The notes: generated from the sequence alone by a model not told the origin. Shown: positions 39,523 through 54,400, numbered from the stretch's first letter. The stretch: 64,000 nucleotides of DNA from Felis catus (GCF_018350175.1 NC_058368.1:84446001-84510000), one strand, 5' to 3'. Translations and numbers: made by a program.

Positions 39523-39772
39523 GTAAGTCCTGTTTGATGAAAGACTTTATGCAAGTGATTAATTCTCTTTGAAATGCCCAAGCCCATGACATTTTTAGCC
39601 CTTAGTCTTACTGACCTCACTAAGCATTTGGTCTCTAGAAGGAAAAAGTAGGAAGAGAGAGGAGACTGGGAGGATGGAGAAAAGGTGAGGCAGACAAGGT
39701 CGGGTGTGTGGGATAGGCGTGGCCCTGTAGTTCCAGTGTCTATACTTGATCTAAAAATGTGATTTACTTTCT

Positions 39773-39923
39773 GGGGTGCCTGGGTGTCTCAGTCGATTAA
39801 GTGTCTGACTTCAGCTCAGCTCATAATCTCATGGTTTGTTGGTTTGAGCCCTGCGTCGGGTTCTGTGCTGACAGCTCAGAGCCTGGAGCCTGCTTCAGAT
39901 CCTGTGTCTCCTTCTCTCTCTGC

Positions 39924-39971
<48 letters not shown>

Positions 39972-39997
39972 AAAATGAATAAGCATTAAAAAAAATT
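39773..39997 (+). mobile_element. Can-SINE
   Basis: 20-bp TSD taaaaatgtgatttactttc at 39752-39771 and 39998-40017; long (CT)n. Confidence 0.94.
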
Positions 39998-40093
39998 TAA
40001 AAATGTGATTTACTTTCCTCATCTTTTAATGCACAAGATGGTTGCTACTGGGGCTGCTTCAGTCCCTGCAAGCCTTCCCACTCCAGGAGTCTT

Positions 40094-40498
40094 TTTGTTT
40101 GTTTGTTTCAAATTTTATTTAAATTCTAGTTAGTTAACATATAGTGCAATATCGGTTTCAGTAGTAGGATTTAGTGATTCATCACTCACAGATAACACCT
40201 AGTGCTCATCACAAGTGTCCTCCTTAATGCCCACCACCCAGTTAGCCCATCTCCCCACCCACCTCCAACCCTCCAGCAACCCTCAGTTTGTTCTTTATAG
40301 TTAAGAGTCTCTTATGGATTGCATCTCTCCTTTTGTTTTATTCCTTCTTCTATGTGCATCTCTTTTTTTTTTCTAATTCCACATATGAGTGAAATCATAA
40401 GGTATTTATCTAACTGAATTATTTCACTTAACACACTCTACCTCCATCTACGAATTTGCAAATGACAAGATTTCATTCTTTTTAATAACTAATATTCC

Positions 40499-40536
<38 letters not shown>

Positions 40537-42023
40537 CACGACATCTTTATCCATTTATCAATTGATGGGCATTTGGTCTCCTTCTATAATTTGGCTATTA
40601 TTGATAATGTTACTATAAATATGAGGTGCACATGCCCCTTAGAATCTGTGTTTTTGTATTCTTTGCATAAATACCTAGTAGTACAACTGCTGGATCATAG
40701 GGTAATTCTATTTTTAACTTTTGAGGAACCTTCATCTCTTTTAGAGTGGCTGCACCAATTTGCATTCCAACCATCAGTGAAAGAGAGCTCCCCTTTCTCT
40801 GCATCTTCTCCTATATCCGTTGTTTTCTTGTGTTAATTTTAGCCATTCTGACAGGTGTGAGGTGGTATCTCATTGTAGTTTTGATTTGTATTTCCTTGAT
40901 GAGTGGTTTTGAACATCTTTTCATGTTTCTGTTAGCCATTGGGATGTCTTCATTGGAGAAGATTCTATTCATGTCCTCTGCCAGTTTTTTAACTGGATTA
41001 TTTTTTTGGGAGTATTGCAGTTTATAAGTTCTTTATAGATTTGGATACTAACCCTTTATCAATCAGATATGTCATTTGGAAATATCTTCTCCCATACCCT
41101 AGGTTGCCTTTTAGTTTTGTTGATAGTTACCTTTGCTGTGCAGGACCTATTTATCTTCTTCAAGTCCCAGTAGTTCATTTTCACTTTTGTTTCTGTGCTT
41201 CCAGTGATGTATCTAGTAAGAAGTGGCTATGGCCAGCGTCAAAGAGGTTGCTGCCTGTATTCTCCTCTAGGATTTTGATGGTTTCCTGTCTCACATTTAG
41301 GTCTTTCATCCATTTTTAATTTATTTTTGTGTATGGTACAAGAAAGTGGTCCAGGTGTGTTCTTCTGCATGTTGCTGTCCAGTTTTCCTAACACCATTTG
41401 TTGAAGAGTCTGTCTCTTCATTGGATGTTCTTTCCTGCTTTATCAAAGATTAGTTTTACATACATCTATGGGTCTCTTTCTGGGTTCTCTGTTTCACTGA
41501 TCTTTTTGTCTGTTTTTATGCTAGTACCATACTGTATTGATGACTACAGCTTTGTAATACAGCTTCATGAAATCAGAAATTGTGATGCCTCCAGCTTTGG
41601 TTTTCATTTTCAATATTACTTTGGCTATCTGGGGTCTTTTTTGGTTCCGTACAAATTTTGAAATTGTTCTAGGCCTGTGAAATATGCTAGAGTTATTTTG
41701 ATACAGATTGCATTCAATGTAAAGATTGCTTTGGATAGTATAGACATTTTTACAGTATTTGTTCTTCCAGTCCATGAGCATGGAATGTTTCTCCATTTCT
41801 TCAGTTTTCTTCAATTTCTTGCATAAACATTCTGTAGTTTTCAGTGGACAGATCTTTTGCTTCTTTGGTTGGGTTTATTCCTACGTATTTTATGGTTTTG
41901 CTATAATTGTAAATGGGATTGAGCCCTTCATTTTCTTCTGCTTCATTATCGGTGTATAGAAATTCAATCGATTTCTTTATGTTAATTTTATTTTACTAAA
42001 AAAAATTTTTAATGCTTATTATT

Positions 42024-42059
<36 letters not shown>

Positions 42060-45000
42060 CAAGCAGGGAAGGGGCAGAGAGAGAGAGACACAGAATTGGC
42101 AGCAGGCTTCAGGCTCTGAGTTGTCAGCACAGAGCCGAATGTGGGGCTCGAACTCACAGACCACAAGATCATGACCTGAGCTGTAGTCGGCCGCCCAACT
42201 GACCGAGTCACCCAAGCGCCCCTACATTGATTTTATATCCTGTGACTTTGCCAAATTCATGTATCGGTTCTAGCAGTATTTTGGTGGAGTTTTTTGAGTT
42301 TTCCACATAGAGAGCGTATCATGTCATCTGCAAAGAGTGAAAGTTTGACTTCTTTCTTGCCATTTTGGATGCCTTTCATTTGTGTTGTCTGATTGCTGAG
42401 GCTAGGACTTCCATTACTATGTTGAACAACAGTGGTGAGAGTGTACATCCCTCTCATGTTCCTGACCTTAGGGGAAAAGCTGTCAGTTTTTCCCCATTGA
42501 GATTGATACTAGCTGTGGGTCTTTCATATGTGGCCTTTATTATGTTGCATTATGTTCCTTCTATCCCTACTCTCTGGAGGATTTTTATCAAGAAAGGATG
42601 CTGTATTTTGTCAAATGCTTTTTCTGCATCAATTGAGAGGATCTTATGGTTCTTATCCTTTATTAATGTGGTGTTATGATGTTGATTTGCGAATATTGAA
42701 CCAGCCCTGCAGCCCAGGAATATATCCCACTTGATAATGGTGAATAATTCTTTCAATGCATTGTTGGATTCAACTTGCTAGTATCTTGTTCAGAATTTTT
42801 GCATCCATGTTCATCAAGGAGATTGGTCTTTAACTTTTACAGACACCCTTTTTAGTGGGAACTTTGTCTGGTTTTGGAATCAAAGTAATACTGGCTTCAT
42901 AGAATGAGTTTGGAAGTTTTCCTTCCATTTGTATTTTTTGGAACAGGTCCAGAATAATAGGTATTATCTCTTCTTTAAATGTTTAGTAGAATTCCCTTGG
43001 GAATCCATCCACCCTTAGACCCTTGTTTGTTGGGAGATTTTTGATTACTGATTGAATGTCTTTGCTGTTTGAATTTTCTATTTCTTCCTGTTTCATTTTT
43101 GGTAGTTTGTGAGTTCCTAGGAAATTGGTCCATCTTCCAGATTGCCCTGTTTGTTGGCATATAATTTTCATAGTATTCTCTTATTATAGTTTTCATTTCT
43201 GTGAGTCGGTTGTGATCTCTCCTCTTTCATTCGTGATTTTATTTACTTGGTCCTATTCCTTTTTCTTTTTAATAAATATGGCAAGGAGTTTATCAATTTT
43301 GTTAATTCTTTCAAAGAACCGGCTCCTGGTTTCATTGATCTGTTCTGTTTTTGTTTTGTTTTGTTTTGTTGATATCATTGATTTCTGCCCTAATCTTTAT
43401 TATTTTCCTCTTCTTCTGGTTTTGGACTTTATTTGCTGTTGTTTTTCCAATTTCTTTAGGTATAAGGTTAGGTTATGTATCTAAGAATTTACTTCCTTAT
43501 TTAGGAATGTCTGGATTGCTATATACTTTCCTCTTATGACTGCCTTTGTTGAATCCCAAAGGTTTTGGACAATAGTGTTTTCCCATGTGTTTTCCCACAT
43601 GGCTCCCATGTGTTTTTAAATTTCTTTTTTACTTTCTTCGTTAACCCATTCATTCTTTAGTAGGATTTATTTTTTTTTAATGTCCAAATATTTGTGGTCT
43701 TTCCAAACATTTTTTCTTGTGGTTGATTTCAAGTTTCATAGTGTTTTTGTCTAAAAATATGCATGGTATGATGTAAATCTTTTTGTACTTGCTGAGTGCT
43801 GATTTGTGACCCAATATGTGATCTTTTCTGGAGAATGTTACATGTGCACTGGAAAAGAATGTGTGTTCTGCTACTTTAGGATGAAATGTTCTGAATATAA
43901 TTGTTAAGTCCATCTGGTGCATTGTATCAGTCAAAGCGATTATTTTCTTTCTTGTTGATTTTCTGTTTACATGATCTGTCCATTGTTGTAATTTGGGTGT
44001 TAAAGTCCCCTACTACTATGGTATTTTTATCAATGGGTTTCTTTCTGTTTGTGATTGATTTATAATTTGGTTGTTCCCAACTTGGCAGCATAGATATTTA
44101 CAACTGTTAGATCTTTTTTGTAGATAGACCCTTAATTATTATATAATGCCCTTCCTCATCTCTTGTTACAGTCTTTGTTTTAACATCTAGTTTGTCTGAT
44201 ATAGGTATGTTTATTCTGGCTTTCTTTTAATGTCCATTGCCACGATAGATGGTTTTCCATCGCTTTACATTCAATCTGCATATGTCTTTAGGTTTAAAAT
44301 GAGTCTCTTGTAATTAGCATATAAATGGGTGGGTTTTTTTTTTTTTTAAATCAATTCTGATACCCTATGTCTTTTGATTGGAGCATTCAGTCCTTTTACA
44401 TTTAGAGTGATTATTGGAAGATATTAATTTAGTGCCATTGTGTGTCCTGTAGAGTTGGTGTTTCTGTTGATGTTCTCTCTGGCCCATTCTAATCTTTGTT
44501 GCCTTTGGTCTGATTTTTGTTTGTTTGTTTTGTTTTTTCTCCACTCAAAAGTCCTCCTTATGATTTCTTGCAGGGCTGGTTTTGTTTGGGGAACTATTTA
44601 TCTCTTTTTCTATTCTGAATGACAGCCTTTCTAGATAAAGAATTCTTGGCTGCATATTTTTCCTATAAGCACGTTGAATATATACTGCCACTCCTTTCTG
44701 GTCTGCCATGTATCTGTGGAATATCCACTGCAAGCTTGATCTGTCTTCCCTTGTGGGTTAAGGACTTTTTTCCTTGCTGCTTTCAGGGTTCTTTCCTTGT
44801 CTGTGTTTTGTGAATTTGACTATGATATGCCGTAGTGATGTTGGTTTTTGTTAAATCTAATGGGAATTCTCTGTGCTTCTTGAATTTTGATATCTGTATC
44901 TTTACCCAGATTAGGAAAGTTTCAGCTATAATTTGCTAACATAAACCTTCTGCCCCCTTTTCTCTTTCCTTATTTTCTGTGATTCCTATGATACAAATGG

Positions 45001-48000
45001 TATTCCTCTTTAATAATTTATATTCTCTCAGTCTTGTATCATAGTCTTTTGCCTTTGTTTCCTTCTTTTTTTCTGTTTCCTTATTTTCCATAATTTTATC
45101 TTCTGTATTATTGATTCTCTTCTCTGCTTTGTCTATCTTTGCCAACAAGGTGTCCATTCAAGATTACATCTTGGTTGTAGCATTTTTAATTTTGGCCTGA
45201 CTGTATTTTAATTCTTTTATCTCTGCAGAAAGGGATTCTCTGGCATCTTCTGTGCTTTTTTCAACTCCAACTAATATTATTATACTTGTGGTTTGAAATT
45301 CTAATTCACTCATGATTCTTATATCTGTGTTGATTAAATCCCTGGCCATCATTTTTTCATGTTCTTTCTTTTGGGGTGAATTCCTCTGTCTTGTCATTTT
45401 GGAGGCAAAAAAATAAAATAAAATAAAAAATTAAAATTAAAAAATTACAAACAAGATAATACAATACAAATCAAATAATGGAAGCTAGATACTAGGTGTG
45501 TTTTTTTTTTAATTTTTTTTAATGTTTATTTATTTTTGGAGAGACAGAGCATGAGCAGGGGAGGGGCAGAAGAGGGAGTCACAGAACTTGAAGCAGGCTC
45601 CAGGCTCTGAGCTGTCAGCACAGAGCCTAATTCAGGGCTCGAACTCACGAGCTGTGAGATCATGACCTCAGCTGAAGTCAGACACTTAACCAACTGAGCC
45701 ACCCAGGTGCCCCTAGGTGTGTTTCTTTCTTCTTGTTGAGAGGTTGATAGAAAAGAGAGAAAAAAAAGGAAAAAAAAAAAACTATAAACAAAATTAAAAA
45801 AAAATTTTAATGTTTATTTATTTTTGTGAGAGAGACAGAGCATGACTGGGGGAGGAGCAGAGAGAGAGGGAGACACAGACTCGGAAGCAGGCTCCAGGCT
45901 CTGACCTGTCAGCATGGAGCCTGACATGGGGCTCGAACTCACAAACCGTGAGATCATGACCTGAGCCAAAGCCGGATGCTCAACTGACTGAGCCACCCAG
46001 GCGCCCCCATAAACAAAATTTTAAATTGAAAAATACTGTTCTTAAGTAATAGAATAAAATAAGGAAAATAAAAAAAAATAAAAAATTGCTTTTTCTGTAT
46101 CCAAGAAAGAGAAAAGAATGAAGGAAAAAAAAAGATAAGCAAAAACAGAAGGAAAGAAAACGAACAAACAAATGAAGAAGCAAACAGAATGAAACCTGAA
46201 TGAAGTACATTCATTTTCCCCTAGGATGAAATCTTCGTAAGACACTATAATTCATAGACTAAGTAGGTGGAAGGATTTGTCCTGGTCTTCTGGGGCATGT
46301 GCCTAGAGGGCACAGCTGGGTGGGGCGTGGGGTAACTGTTTCTGTTCTCCATTTGGTGGCACTGCTTAGCTTATGGGTGTCGATCAAGGAGTGCATCCAT
46401 GCATGTATGCTTGTTAGTGGTGAGAATGACTTCACAGAGCTCTCTAGTGTCTGATGTGGGAATTTTTGCCCTTGTGGACATGCATTCAAGTGCCTCTCCT
46501 TGGTCTCAGGCCTCTATCTGCTCCCTGCCTTCACCCTGTCTGTGTCCAAGCTGTGTCCCTTCCAGGTGGCACCTCCCTCCCGAGTTTTATCTCACACAGA
46601 GCTGTGTTTCAAAACCCCTCACTTCAGAGATCCCTGTGGCTTGGACCCATGCTAATGCTTTGGGGAAGGGTGTCCACAGAAAACATTTGCACGATCCCAC
46701 AGCAGCAGAGGCTCAGAGTTTATGGTGAATCACAGCACATATCCTGTACAGGTCATGGTGCACTCTGGCATCTTTGTTTCAGTACTACAGCTACATGGTA
46801 GCTCTCTGGGATATGCCAGGAATTTTGCCCATGGGGAAGCCTATGGCCTCTACCAAGTACACTCCAATCAGGAGAACCACTTTTCCCCAGGTGGCACATG
46901 GACCCCTCAAACCATGCTTCCTGCTCCTGGGGATTCACCTGACTTACTCACCAGAGCACCGCCAAGCACTGAGCTCCAAAACTTCAGATTCTGTCCTATT
47001 ATAGAATATAGCTATATATAGAATCCTGGTGGTATTGAAATCCCCTCCTTTCTTCCATCAGTGGTTTTTGTGAACAGATTTCTTGTCTAGTCCCATGCGA
47101 GTGTTTTCACTCTTTCTTTCTTTCTCTCCAGCTACTTTTGGGGGGAGTGCTTTTCTTGCATGATCCTGATGTGCTGCCTTCTCCCCAGTCCTCTCTCTGC
47201 AAAAATGAGTTCCTACCCTCTACGGCTCCTCAGCTTTTCTCCCCCCAGTCCACCTCTCCACACCATGTACCTGCTAAGTTCTCTGATTCAAATTATGCAG
47301 ATTGTTGCAATAATTCTCAGATCAATTTCCTAAGTGTTCAAAATGGTTTGATGCTGATCTAGCTGTGTTTCAGGGACAAGACAAGCTCAGAGTCCCCTTA
47401 CTGCTCTGCCATCTTAACTCCTACCTGTCTGGGAAACTCTTTATCTCTCCTTCTATTCTAAATGGCAGCATTGCTGGATAAAGTATTCTTGGCTGCGTAT
47501 TTTCCCCATTTACTTTGAATATATCATGCCACTCCCTGCTAGTCTGCCAAGTTTCTGCTGATAAGTATGCTAACCTTATTTGTCTTCCCTTATGACTTAG
47601 GGATTTCTTTTTCCTTGCTGCTCTCAGGATTTTTTCCTTAACTCTGTATTTTGCAAATTTTTCTACAATATGTCTTGGTGTTGCCCTGCTTTTGTTGATT
47701 ATGGTGGGAGTTCTCTGTGTGTCCTTGACTTGAATGTTTGTTTCCTTCCCCAGATTAGGGACATTTTCCACAATAATTTGCTCATATAAGTTTCTGCCCC
47801 TGTTTTCCTCTCTTCTTCTGGCACTCCTGTGATACAAATGTTATTACGTCTTATGGAGTTGCTGAGTTCCCTGTGTCTACATTCTGATCTAATGTTTTCT
47901 TTCCCTATTCTTCTCAGCTTTATTATCTTCCATAATTTTATCTTACATTATCACTTACTCATTCCTCTGCTTCTTCCATTCTCATGGTCATTTCTTAGAG

Positions 48001-49988
48001 TCGGTTTCACATCTCAGTTATAGCATTTTTTATTACTGTCTGACTAGTTTTTAGATTTTTTTTTTTAATTTTTTTTTTCAACGTTTATTTATTTTGGGGA
48101 CAGAGAGAGACAGAGCATGAACGGGGGAGGGGCAGAGAGAGAGGGAGACACAGAATCGGAAACAGGCTCCAGGCTCCGAGCCATCAGCCCAGAGCCCGAC
48201 GCGGGGCTCGAACTCCCGGACCGCGAGATCGTGACCTGGCTGAAGTCGGACGCTTAACCGACTGTGCCACCCAGGCGCCCCTAGATCTTTTATCTCTGTG
48301 TTAAGAGACTCCTTGGTGTCTTCTATGCTTTTCTCAAGCCCAGCTATATCCTTATGATTGTTGTTTTAAATCCTGGTACAGGCATATTACTTATATCTAT
48401 TTTGATTAGATCTCTGGCTATGACCTTTTCTTATTTTTTGTTTTGTGATCCATTTCTCCATCTTGGCACTTTGCTTTCGTCTCTGTTTTCTCTGTGTTAG
48501 GAAAGCCTGTTATATTTCCTGCTTCTGAGAGTAAAGGCTATATTAAGAAGATGCTATACACTGACCCCGGCGTGGCGCTCCAGGAAGTGTTTCTGGTGTG
48601 CAGTTTGTATACTCTGCTTTTGTGTTTTAACTGCTCTTTCCCTCACGTCAGTCCTCTGCAGTTTCGCCTTGTCTGTACTGGGTTGTGTTTGGGCCTTGCC
48701 CAGTGTGTGGTGAGTTTTAACTCGGTGTGTTTTGGTCTGCTTGTTCAAAAGGCCAGATCCATTTTCCACTAGAGCTGAAGTTTTGCATCACTCCATTGTC
48801 AGTAGACTTGGTAGGTGCAAGGGGTTTGTGCTCGTCTTCTAGCAGAGGGACCTGCTTCTGCTCTGGCTCTCAGGCACAATTGCACTCATGAAAAAGCACC
48901 TGCAGAGCCTACAGGGGCGGGTCTTGAGTAAGTGGCTCAGGCCTTGTGTGTGCTGTGTTGCTCACTTAAGTCTGTCTGTGCTGATAGGTGAGGAATTAAT
49001 ATAGTTTCAGCCCACTGTCTTCCTGCAGAGGCGTTTGCGCCCACTGATGTTCAGGAAACCCTCACTGAAGATCGAACAATCTCCCCTCCTGTGTCCCAGG
49101 AATCCCTCAGATCTCTCTGCCTTCACCCATTCTGTGTCTGAGCCTTTTGCCCACCCAGCATCATGGTCCTGTGCTAGACACAACCTGTGCTGAGTTTCAG
49201 AACTCCAAAGGGACCTGGCATGGTTGGCCCTGCACTAATCATCTGGGGTGGGGTCTCACTACACTGTGGCTGGTGCCTGCTTGTCTCAGAAGGGCAGTCA
49301 CAGAATGTGCGGCCACTTGGAGTATGGTAAAGCACAGCGAAAGGCTGATTTTCAGGTTACCTGGTCTCAGCAGGTGTCTCTGCTCCTATTGGAATGAATA
49401 GGGTAGCTCAGTGGCACCCGCTGCCAGTGCCACCTCTCTCAAATGCACTGTAAGGAGGAGATCTGTCTGTCCCAGTGTGGCCCAGGGTATCTGCAGACCA
49501 TCTGTCTTCTCCCAGGCCGCTGCCCTCCCTCTCAACAGAAGCACATCTGTGCTGGTCAGGTTCTGTCTCTGGTCATGGCATGGACTTCTAAAACTTCTGA
49601 CTTTGAGTTCCACTGCTTGGAAAAACTTGGCAATAGTCAGCCCCAATTGTTTTGCTTCTCAGTGGTTTTGGGGAAGTGTTTTTCTTGTGCAGTGCCCTGC
49701 ATGCACATGCTTTCTCACATGTGCTCTCTGTCTCTGAATCTCTTTCCTGTGTGATCAGGGCTCCTTACCCCCCACAGCACCCATGATTCTTTTCTCGGTA
49801 ATCACTTCTCTGCACCTCCTCCCTTCCACAGTGTGGCCTCTTTTATCCCTGTAGTTGTGCAGTTTGTTCTCTCAGTCCTCAGATTCATTTCTTGGGTGTT
49901 GGAATGGATTTGATATTAGACTAGCTATGTTTGATGGACAAAGTAAGTATAGGGTCCCCCTACTACTCTGACATCTAAATCCTGTCCT
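40094..49988 (-). mobile_element. Composite two-headed LINE-1 in PGBD2 intron 2: 5'UTR-A, truncated ORF1-A, 5'UTR-B, ORF1-B, ORF2, 3'UTR
   Basis: 14-bp TSD actccaggagtctt at 40080-40093 and 49989-50002. Head B ends at 47422, ORF1-B starts at 45397, ORF1-A remnant spans 47423-48470. SINEs at ~42005-42222, 45505-45713, 45806-46008 and 48057-48281. Confidence 0.88.
48057..48281 (-). mobile_element. Young felid Can-SINE
   Basis: Nearly identical to the 2062-2281 copy, CpGs intact; tagat.tttt on both flanks. Confidence 0.94.
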
Positions 49989-50559
49989 ACTCCAGGAGTC
50001 TTAACAACTATGTACAGAAAGTTTTTGGAGGCATGGGGGCACACAGGAGCTTAGTGAGAGTGGTGGAAACCCTGACTCTATAGGCCTGGATCTGCTGCTC
50101 GAAAATAGGAGAGGCTGAGAAGATGGCAAGTTGTCTACTGACCCCTGAGAACCTCTCAGTCTGAGGTCCATGGGAAGTGCTTCAGATTTCCTATCCCTGA
50201 AAGCTGGGTTCCCTTTCTGGCATAGCATGAGAAATACCTTGCCTTCCCTGAGGTCAGATCTCCTGTGCCCTAGTAGACTCTAGCACAGAGGCTGATGGAG
50301 TCCATGTTCACCAAATGAGGTTGTAGTGAATCTCTAAGGCAGTGAACTCCCAAGTCCAAGGGTAGGTCTGTAGAGAAATAACCTTTTCGGTAAAGCTTGT
50401 GTCTTTCCTCTGGTTTGAGATTCTTCTCATGTGGAGGTTGGGCCAGAGTGACACAGGGCAGCAGTAGAGCCCACCTTCCTTGCCCGTCCATTCTCATAGC
50501 CAGTGATGTGCGTCACTGCCCCTTCTGCATCCTACTAGAGGGCTTCCTGTGACAGCTGA

Positions 50560-51020
50560 ACACTACTGAAAGTCCTCATTATGGCCGATAGAGCCCTGTG
50601 GGTCCTGGTCCTGGCAGCCTGTGCTCTGCTCTCCTCCCTTTACTACATCTGAAGTCTCACTGACCTCCTTGCTGTTCACAGTTATCAAGTCCCTTCAGGC
50701 TCAGGGCCTTGTGCCTACAATTCTTTTTCTCTGCCTGGGACACCCTGTTTCTAGCTGTCTGTAAGGCCCCCTCCCTCTTTTTTCAGGCCACCTGCCTGGG
50801 AGCCTTCACTTATCATCCATCTAAAATAGTAACCCCAGTCCTACTCCTTTGCTACATTCTCTGCCCATTGTCCAGGATGGCCCCCATCTTGCATAGCTAC
50901 TTGTGTGCTGAACTGTCATCTTTCACCTCCAGGTAGACAAGTGCTGTGCAGGTCAGGAGCGGAGTGTGTCCATTGCCAGTTACTGGGAAGTGCCTGCTCG
51001 TGGTTGGTGCTCATTAAATA
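50560..51020 (+). mobile_element. L2 LINE remnant
   Basis: ctccttgctgttc...ctcagggccttgtgc...ctctgcctggga...tggtgctcattaaata. Confidence 0.55.
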
Positions 51021-51496
51021 TAGGTATCTCTTGTCATCCATTTAGATCCTAGTGCACAGGGAGAGTTAGGATAGACGGGGTTTCCATGTTTTCTAAATCT
51101 GTTTGGCTTCTGAATTGCAACTAGTGTATAGTAAGATGTCTGATACTGAGGAAACCATCTGAAAATTTGTCTGAATCTGTTCAGGTCCTGATATTGGGTA
51201 GTAAGAGGTCAAGTAGGGAGAGCTTGGGAATTTGGGAGAGAGGAACCTTATATTTGCCAAATTAATAAGGGAAAGGGAAGACAAAGGTAAGACTGAAGCA
51301 TGAAAGTAGAGCTGCTGGGGCCAATGAATCAGAAGACATCAGTGGATGTCACTTCAGCAGCCTAGGCTTCCTTTTTGGTGGTTACTGTCATTTGGGTAAT
51401 GACAGTGGCACCTGTCATTTATCAGTAAAGAGAATTCTGTATTCAAGACACATTAAGAAGGAAGGAGGTATGTAACATTTCTTTGTTGTTGTTACC

Positions 51497-54400
51497 TACT
51501 TTTTATTTAAATATAGTTAGTTAATATACAGTGCAATATTGGTTTCAGAACTAGAATTCAGTGATTTACAAAGTTGGCATTTTTTTCCCTAAAATTTTAT
51601 TTAAATTTAAGTTAGTTAACGTATATGTGTATCAGAAGTAGAATTTAGTGTTTTATCACTTACATATAACACCCAGTGCTCATCACAAGTGCCCTCCTTA
51701 ATACCCAACACCAATTTAGCCTATGTCCCACCATCAGCCCTGTTTGTTCTCTGTTGTTAAGTCTCTTGTGGTTTCTTTTCTTCTCCTTCTTCCCTCCATT
51801 CCCATATGTTCATCTGTTTTGTTTCATACATTCCACATATAAGTGGAATCATATGATGTTTGTTTTCTCTGATTGACTTATTTCTTTTAGCAAAATATAT
51901 TCTAGCTCCATCCACGTCATTGGAAATGGCAAGATTTCATTCCTTTTGATGCTAATATTCCATTGTATGTATGTATGTATATATATATGTATACATATAC
52001 ACCACATCTTCTTTTTTTAATTTATTTTATTTTTTTAATTTACATTCAAATTAGTTAGCATATAGTGCAACAATAATTTCAGGAGTAGATTCCTTAATGC
52101 CCCTTGCCCATTTAGCCCATCCCCCCTCCCAACCCCTCCAATAACCCTCAGTTTGTTCTCCATATTTCAGAGTCTTTTATGTTTTGTCCCCCTCCCTGTT
52201 TTTATATGATATTTGCTTCCTTCCCTTGTGTCCATCTGTTCTGTGTCTTAAAGTCCTCATATGAGTGAAGACATATGATATTTGTCTTTCTCTGACTAAT
52301 TTTGCTTAGCATAATACCCTCTAGTTCCATCCATGTAGATGCAAATGGCAAGATTTCATTCCTTTTGATTGCCTAGTAATATTCCATTGTGTATATATAC
52401 GTATACCACATCTTCTTTATCCATTCATCCGTGTGTGGACATTTGGGCTCTTTCCATTCTTTGGCTATTGTTGATAGTACTGCTATAAACATGGGGTGCA
52501 TGTGTCTCTTTGAAACAGCATACCTGTATCCCTTGCATAAATACCTAGTAGTGCAATTGCTGGGTCATAGGGTAGTTCTATTTTTAATTTTTTGAGGAAT
52601 CTCCACACTTTTCCAGAGTGGCTGCACCAGCTTGCATTCCTACCAGCAGTGGAAAGAGATCCTCTTTTTCCACATCCTTGCCAACATCTGTTGTTGCCTG
52701 AGTTGTTAATGTCAGCCATTCTGACAGGGGTGAGGTGGTACCTCATGGTGGTTTTGATTTCTATTTCCCTGATGATGAGTGACGTTAAGCATTTTTTCAT
52801 GTTTTGGTTGGCCATCTGGATGTCTTCTTTGGAGAAATGTCTATTAATATCTTTTGCCCATTTCTTCACTGAATTATTTGGTTTTTTGGGTGTTGTTGAT
52901 AAGTTCTTTAGAGATTTTGACAACTAACCCTTTATCTGATATGTCGTTTGCAAATATCTTCTCCCATTCTTTCGGTTGCCTTTTAGTTTTGCTGATTGTT
53001 TCCTTCGCTATGCAGAAGATTGTTATTTTGATGAGGTCCCAGTAGTTGATTTTTGCTTTTGTTTCCCTTACCTCCAGAGACGTGTTGAGTAAGAAGTTGC
53101 TGCCCCCAAGATCAAAGAGGTTTTTGCCTGCTTTCTCCTCAAGAACTTTGATGGCTTCCTGTCTTACATTGAGGTCTTTCATCTATTTTGAATTTATTTT
53201 TGTGTATGGTGTAAGAAAATGGTCCAGGTTCATTCTTCTGTATGTCGCTGTCCAGTTTTTCCAGCACCACTTGCTGAAGAGACTGTCTTTATTCCATTGG
53301 ATAGTCTTTCCTGCTTTGTCCAACATTAGTTGGCCATACGTTTGTGGGTCCATTTCTGGGTTCTCTATTCTGTTGCATTGATCTGAGTGTCTGTTCTTGT
53401 GCCAGTACCATACTGTCTTGATGATTACAGCTTTATAGTATAGCTTGAAGTCTGGGATTGTGATGCATCCTGCTTTGGTTTTCTTTTTCAAGATTGCTTT
53501 GGCTATTCGGGGTCTTTCCTGGTTCCATACAAATTTTAGGATGATTTGTTCTAGCTCTGTGAAGAATGCTGGTGTTATTTTGATAGGGATTGCATTGACT
53601 GTGTAGATTACTTTGGGTAATACGGACATTTTAACAATATTTGTTCTTACTATCCAGGAGCATGAAATCTTTTTCCATTTTTTTTGTGTCATCTTCAATT
53701 TCTTTCATAATCTTTCTATAGTTTTCAGTGTATAGATTTCTCACCTCTTTGGTTAGATTTATTCCTAGGTATTTTATGTTTTTTGGTGCAACTGTAAATG
53801 GGATCGATTCCTTGATTACTCTTTCTGTTGCTTCATTGTTGGTGTATAGGAATGCACCCGATTTCTGTGCATTGATTTTATATCCTGCAACTTTGCTGAA
53901 TTCATGAATTAATTCTAGCATTTTTTTGGTGGAATCTTTTGGGTTTTTCATATAGAGTATCATGTCATCTGCAAAGAGTGAAAGTTTGACCTCCTCCTGG
54001 CTGATTTAGATGCGTTTTATTTCTTTGTGTTGTCTGATTGCAGAGGGTAAGATTTCCAATAGTGTGTTGAATAACAGTGGCAAGAGTGGACATCCCTGTC
54101 TTGTTCCTGACCTTAGGGGGAAAGCTCTCAGTTTTTCCCCATTGAGAATATTACCATTATCATTCATATATGACATTTATGATCTCGAGATAAGCTCCTT
54201 CTATCCCTAATTTCTTGAGGGTTTTTATAAAGAAAGGATGCTGTATTTTGTCAAATGCCTTCTCTGCATCTATTGAAAGGATCATATGGTTCTTTCCTTT
54301 CTTTAATTGATGTGATGAATCACGTTCATTGTTTTGCAGATATTGAACCAGCCCTGCATCCCAGGTATAAATCCCACTTGGTCATGGTGAATAATTTGTT

